Positions 61,551-64,000 of a stretch of 64,000 nt of DNA are shown here, in pieces (within the stretch, counting starts at the first letter, position 1; each line of letters starts with the position of its first letter). This stretch comes from Bacteroidota bacterium (lineage in GTDB: Bacteria; Bacteroidota; Bacteroidia; UKL13-3). A program made the position numbers and the translations under genes. The notes under the pieces were generated by a model, which was not told the DNA's origin, searched no databases, and worked only from the letters and a program-made list of their open reading frames with translations. The DNA lies in contig JAIXSO010000053.1 in the NCBI GenBank assembly GCA_027484685.1, positions 48,164 to 112,163 on the forward strand, written 5' to 3'.

Positions 61551-63029
61551 CTACTCTTTTCTTATTTTATACTTTAACTCTTGCAATTTTTGCTCAAAAT
61601 AACTTGGTTGCCTCAATTTAAACCAACTTGGTTTTAAATAATGCTTAGGATTTAAAAATACATTTACATAAACTGCCCCATTTTCATAACTATTTCCATA
61701 CCAATTATTGTATAAAAAATCACGCTGAGGCTTTGTAAATTCAGCATTTACGTTTGATTGTAATAAAGCAGGAATGGTGTCTAAATTCAAATCGTTTAAC
61801 GAGCTAATTTTTAAACCTTTGTCCAAATCCAAATAGCGAATATCAGCGCTTGAACTAATGGGAGCATAAGAATAAAATTGAATCGAATCGAAATTACTTT
61901 TTACTTGTTGTTCTAATTTAAAAAAATTACGGTATTGCAAATTGGTATCTGCTATTACCTTACCCGGGTAATACATAATATTTCCAATACCTAAACTAAC
62001 CAAAACCAAACTTACAATCCATTTGAGTTGCTTTTTATTACTTGCTTCAATTAATAAAATAACAAATAAAAATTGGCTAATCATAAAATACCTATGGCCA
62101 ATGGTGTTGTATAAAAATATTGCCATGCAAAGGCTATTTACTATTAATATAATTGAGCTAAAAATAAACAATTCCTTATTTAACTTTTGTTTGAAAAACA
62201 AATAAATAAGCAACCCATAAACAGTTAACATCCCATTATCAACCAAACGCCAAACAATTAAAAACACACTTTGAACAAACTGCTTCATTCCTTTTATATC
62301 ATTATGTTCGGTATAATTGGGCGATAAAAAAGCCCATCCAAAATGCTGTTGATGTACATACAACCAAATACTTAAAACTGTAACAGCTGGTAGAAAAAGT
62401 AACAATCCATTTTTAAAAAATTGTGCAATGGTTTCTTTGTTTTTAAATACTTGGTAACAATAAATAATGCCAAATGCCAATAAGAAAAAATTGGCTTGTA
62501 AATGGGTTAATTCCATTAATACAGTGCTGATTATAAAACCTGCTTTTTGTTGTTTTATTAAATAATAAAATGACAATAATACAAACAAGTAAAACAATGG
62601 CGTATTAAGTAATAATGCTTGCTGAGCTACAAATATTGAATAACAACCGGCTAATAAAGTGGCTAAATTAGCTTTGGTTTCGTGGCAATAATGCAAGGCA
62701 ATTTTTCTAGTTATAAAAAGAATAAAAAAAGAAATAAGTATGATTATAAAATGACTAATAACCAACGACTTTCCAAAAACCATCCAACTACAAGCTAGTA
62801 AGAATGGAAATAACGAAGGATGCCCAGGATCAAAATTTGCGGGATACCAAATAGTTTGTAAATTATTATTATAAATATTAAGTGCGGCTCTGGCAGTAGA
62901 TGTAACTGCATCGCCATGAAAAGGATCGTTTTTAATTACAAAAAACAAAACCAATTGCAAACCAGCAATAATTACTAAAATATACTTGTTAATCAGTTTT
63001 TCCATTAAATAAATACTATAAATTATCAA
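61551..63029 (-). CDS. polytopic membrane glycosyltransferase-like protein (GT39/ArnT-like)
   Basis: 492 aa with ~11 TM helices. Architecture resembles the PMT/ArnT family. Confidence 0.45.
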   Translation of the reverse strand: MIIYSIYLMEKLINKYILVIIAGLQLVLFFVIKNDPFHGDAVTSTARAALNIYNNNLQTIWYPANFDPGHPSLFPFLLACSWMVFGKSLVISHFIIILISFFILFITRKIALHYCHETKANLATLLAGCYSIFVAQQALLLNTPLFYLFVLLSFYYLIKQQKAGFIISTVLMELTHLQANFFLLAFGIIYCYQVFKNKETIAQFFKNGLLLFLPAVTVLSIWLYVHQQHFGWAFLSPNYTEHNDIKGMKQFVQSVFLIVWRLVDNGMLTVYGLLIYLFFKQKLNKELFIFSSIILIVNSLCMAIFLYNTIGHRYFMISQFLFVILLIEASNKKQLKWIVSLVLVSLGIGNIMYYPGKVIADTNLQYRNFFKLEQQVKSNFDSIQFYSYAPISSSADIRYLDLDKGLKISSLNDLNLDTIPALLQSNVNAEFTKPQRDFLYNNWYGNSYENGAVYVNVFLNPKHYLKPSWFKLRQPSYFEQKLQELKYKIRKE

Positions 63030-63052
63030 TTGTAAAATAATAATTTCGCAAT

Positions 63053-64000
63053 GTGATAAAAACCCTACAACAATATAAATTTTTAAGCATATTTATTGTT
63101 TCAATTCATTTGGTGTACTTTTTAGTGGCACTTTATTTTAACGGAATTTATACTGTTGACTCGCCAGGATATTTATTTCAGGCACAAAATTTATTAAAAT
63201 ACCATAGTTTGTATGCAGGCGATTTATTGCCACCTATTCAAAATGATTATTTTGCATTACGCCCACCTTTTTATGCTTTTTTTATTATTGCTTGTAAATC
63301 CATTTATCATTCAGACTATTCTGTTTTATTTATTCAAAATATAATAGCCATTATACTTATTCTAAATGTGCTCAAAACAGCTTCTGAATTGAGAGTAAAG
63401 GCCAAAATATTAAATTTTATCTTACCCATTTGTTTGGTATTTTATCCTGCCCATTTTGTATATGCCAATACCATTATGAGCGACACCATTTTTGAAGTAA
63501 TGGTGTTTTTACTTTTTAAAACTACTTATTTATTTTATCAAAACCCAACACTTAAAAAGGCTTTGAGCATTGGATTAATTATAGCCATAGCCTTAATTAC
63601 CAAACCAGTAAGTATTTTAATAGGTTTATTGGTATGTGGCGTTATGTTATTTATAAAAAACTACCCCAAAATTTACATTGCCTACTTACTTGTTTTTCCT
63701 GCAATTGCATACTTAAGTTTAAGTTTTGCGGTGCAACAAGAAACAGGATATTTTCAGTTTACCAGCATGAAATCGTTTGCAGCAGTGCGCTGTTTGGTAA
63801 AATATTCTGCTGCCAATGCTTATGGACCTGATTATGCCGATAGCATTGCATCTGCCATTGTAAGCCAATCAGAGCAGCAAGCCACGTTAGCGCAACGTTA
63901 TCAATATATAGACAGCAGTTGCAATCATTTTTTGGTAAATCATAAAATGGCATTTTTAAAAGTGTATGTAAAAGGTTGTTTAACTTTTATGTTTGACCCA
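63053..64000 (+). CDS. partial polytopic membrane protein (GT39/ArnT-like), truncated by window end
   Basis: Open frame from 63044 to the window end with no stop. The start codon is uncertain (GTG 63053 or TTG ~63107). Multi-TM. It is divergent from, and resembles, the 61551-63029 gene. Confidence 0.4.
   Translation, partial: MIKTLQQYKFLSIFIVSIHLVYFLVALYFNGIYTVDSPGYLFQAQNLLKYHSLYAGDLLPPIQNDYFALRPPFYAFFIIACKSIYHSDYSVLFIQNIIAIILILNVLKTASELRVKAKILNFILPICLVFYPAHFVYANTIMSDTIFEVMVFLLFKTTYLFYQNPTLKKALSIGLIIAIALITKPVSILIGLLVCGVMLFIKNYPKIYIAYLLVFPAIAYLSLSFAVQQETGYFQFTSMKSFAAVRCLVKYSAANAYGPDYADSIASAIVSQSEQQATLAQRYQYIDSSCNHFLVNHKMAFLKVYVKGCLTFMFDP

Noticed and set aside
63634-63953. Two short ORFs in the track at the window end
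   Set aside because: They overlap, out of frame, the longer uninterrupted + strand frame (63044 to end) that encodes a plausible multi-TM protein.

Overview
This is a low-GC (~33-35%) chromosomal segment from a Bacteroidota organism. The phylum call rests on T9SS C-terminal sorting domains on secreted proteins, a PorV/PorQ-like outer-membrane protein, Bacteroidetes-style TAnnTTTG promoter boxes and an F0F1 ATP synthase operon lacking atpD/atpC. The housekeeping backbone comprises nfu-mrp-purD, gcvT, hflX, rnz and atpZ/I-B-E-F-H-A-G, a TDO (kynA), a tetR-tolC-MFP-RND efflux operon and a LytTR response regulator. Accessory material is interspersed. Two different tandem triplications of lipoprotein genes (7358-9353 and 15811-19065) sit inside a 12.7-kb block bounded by an inverted pair of a ~125-bp GC-rich repeat. 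A 14-bp tandem repeat array lies between convergent genes. A 15-bp palindrome recurs three times just after stop codons. A DUF234-type AAA+ ATPase gene is precisely bracketed by 46-bp direct repeats that each carry a 13-bp hairpin. A tandem pair of small two-TM proteins shows the same mosaic pattern (conserved ends, variable middle) as the lipoprotein families. No rRNA, tRNA, CRISPR array, transposase or integrase was recognised. All protein-family calls come from reading motifs in the translations and need HMM or BLAST confirmation.
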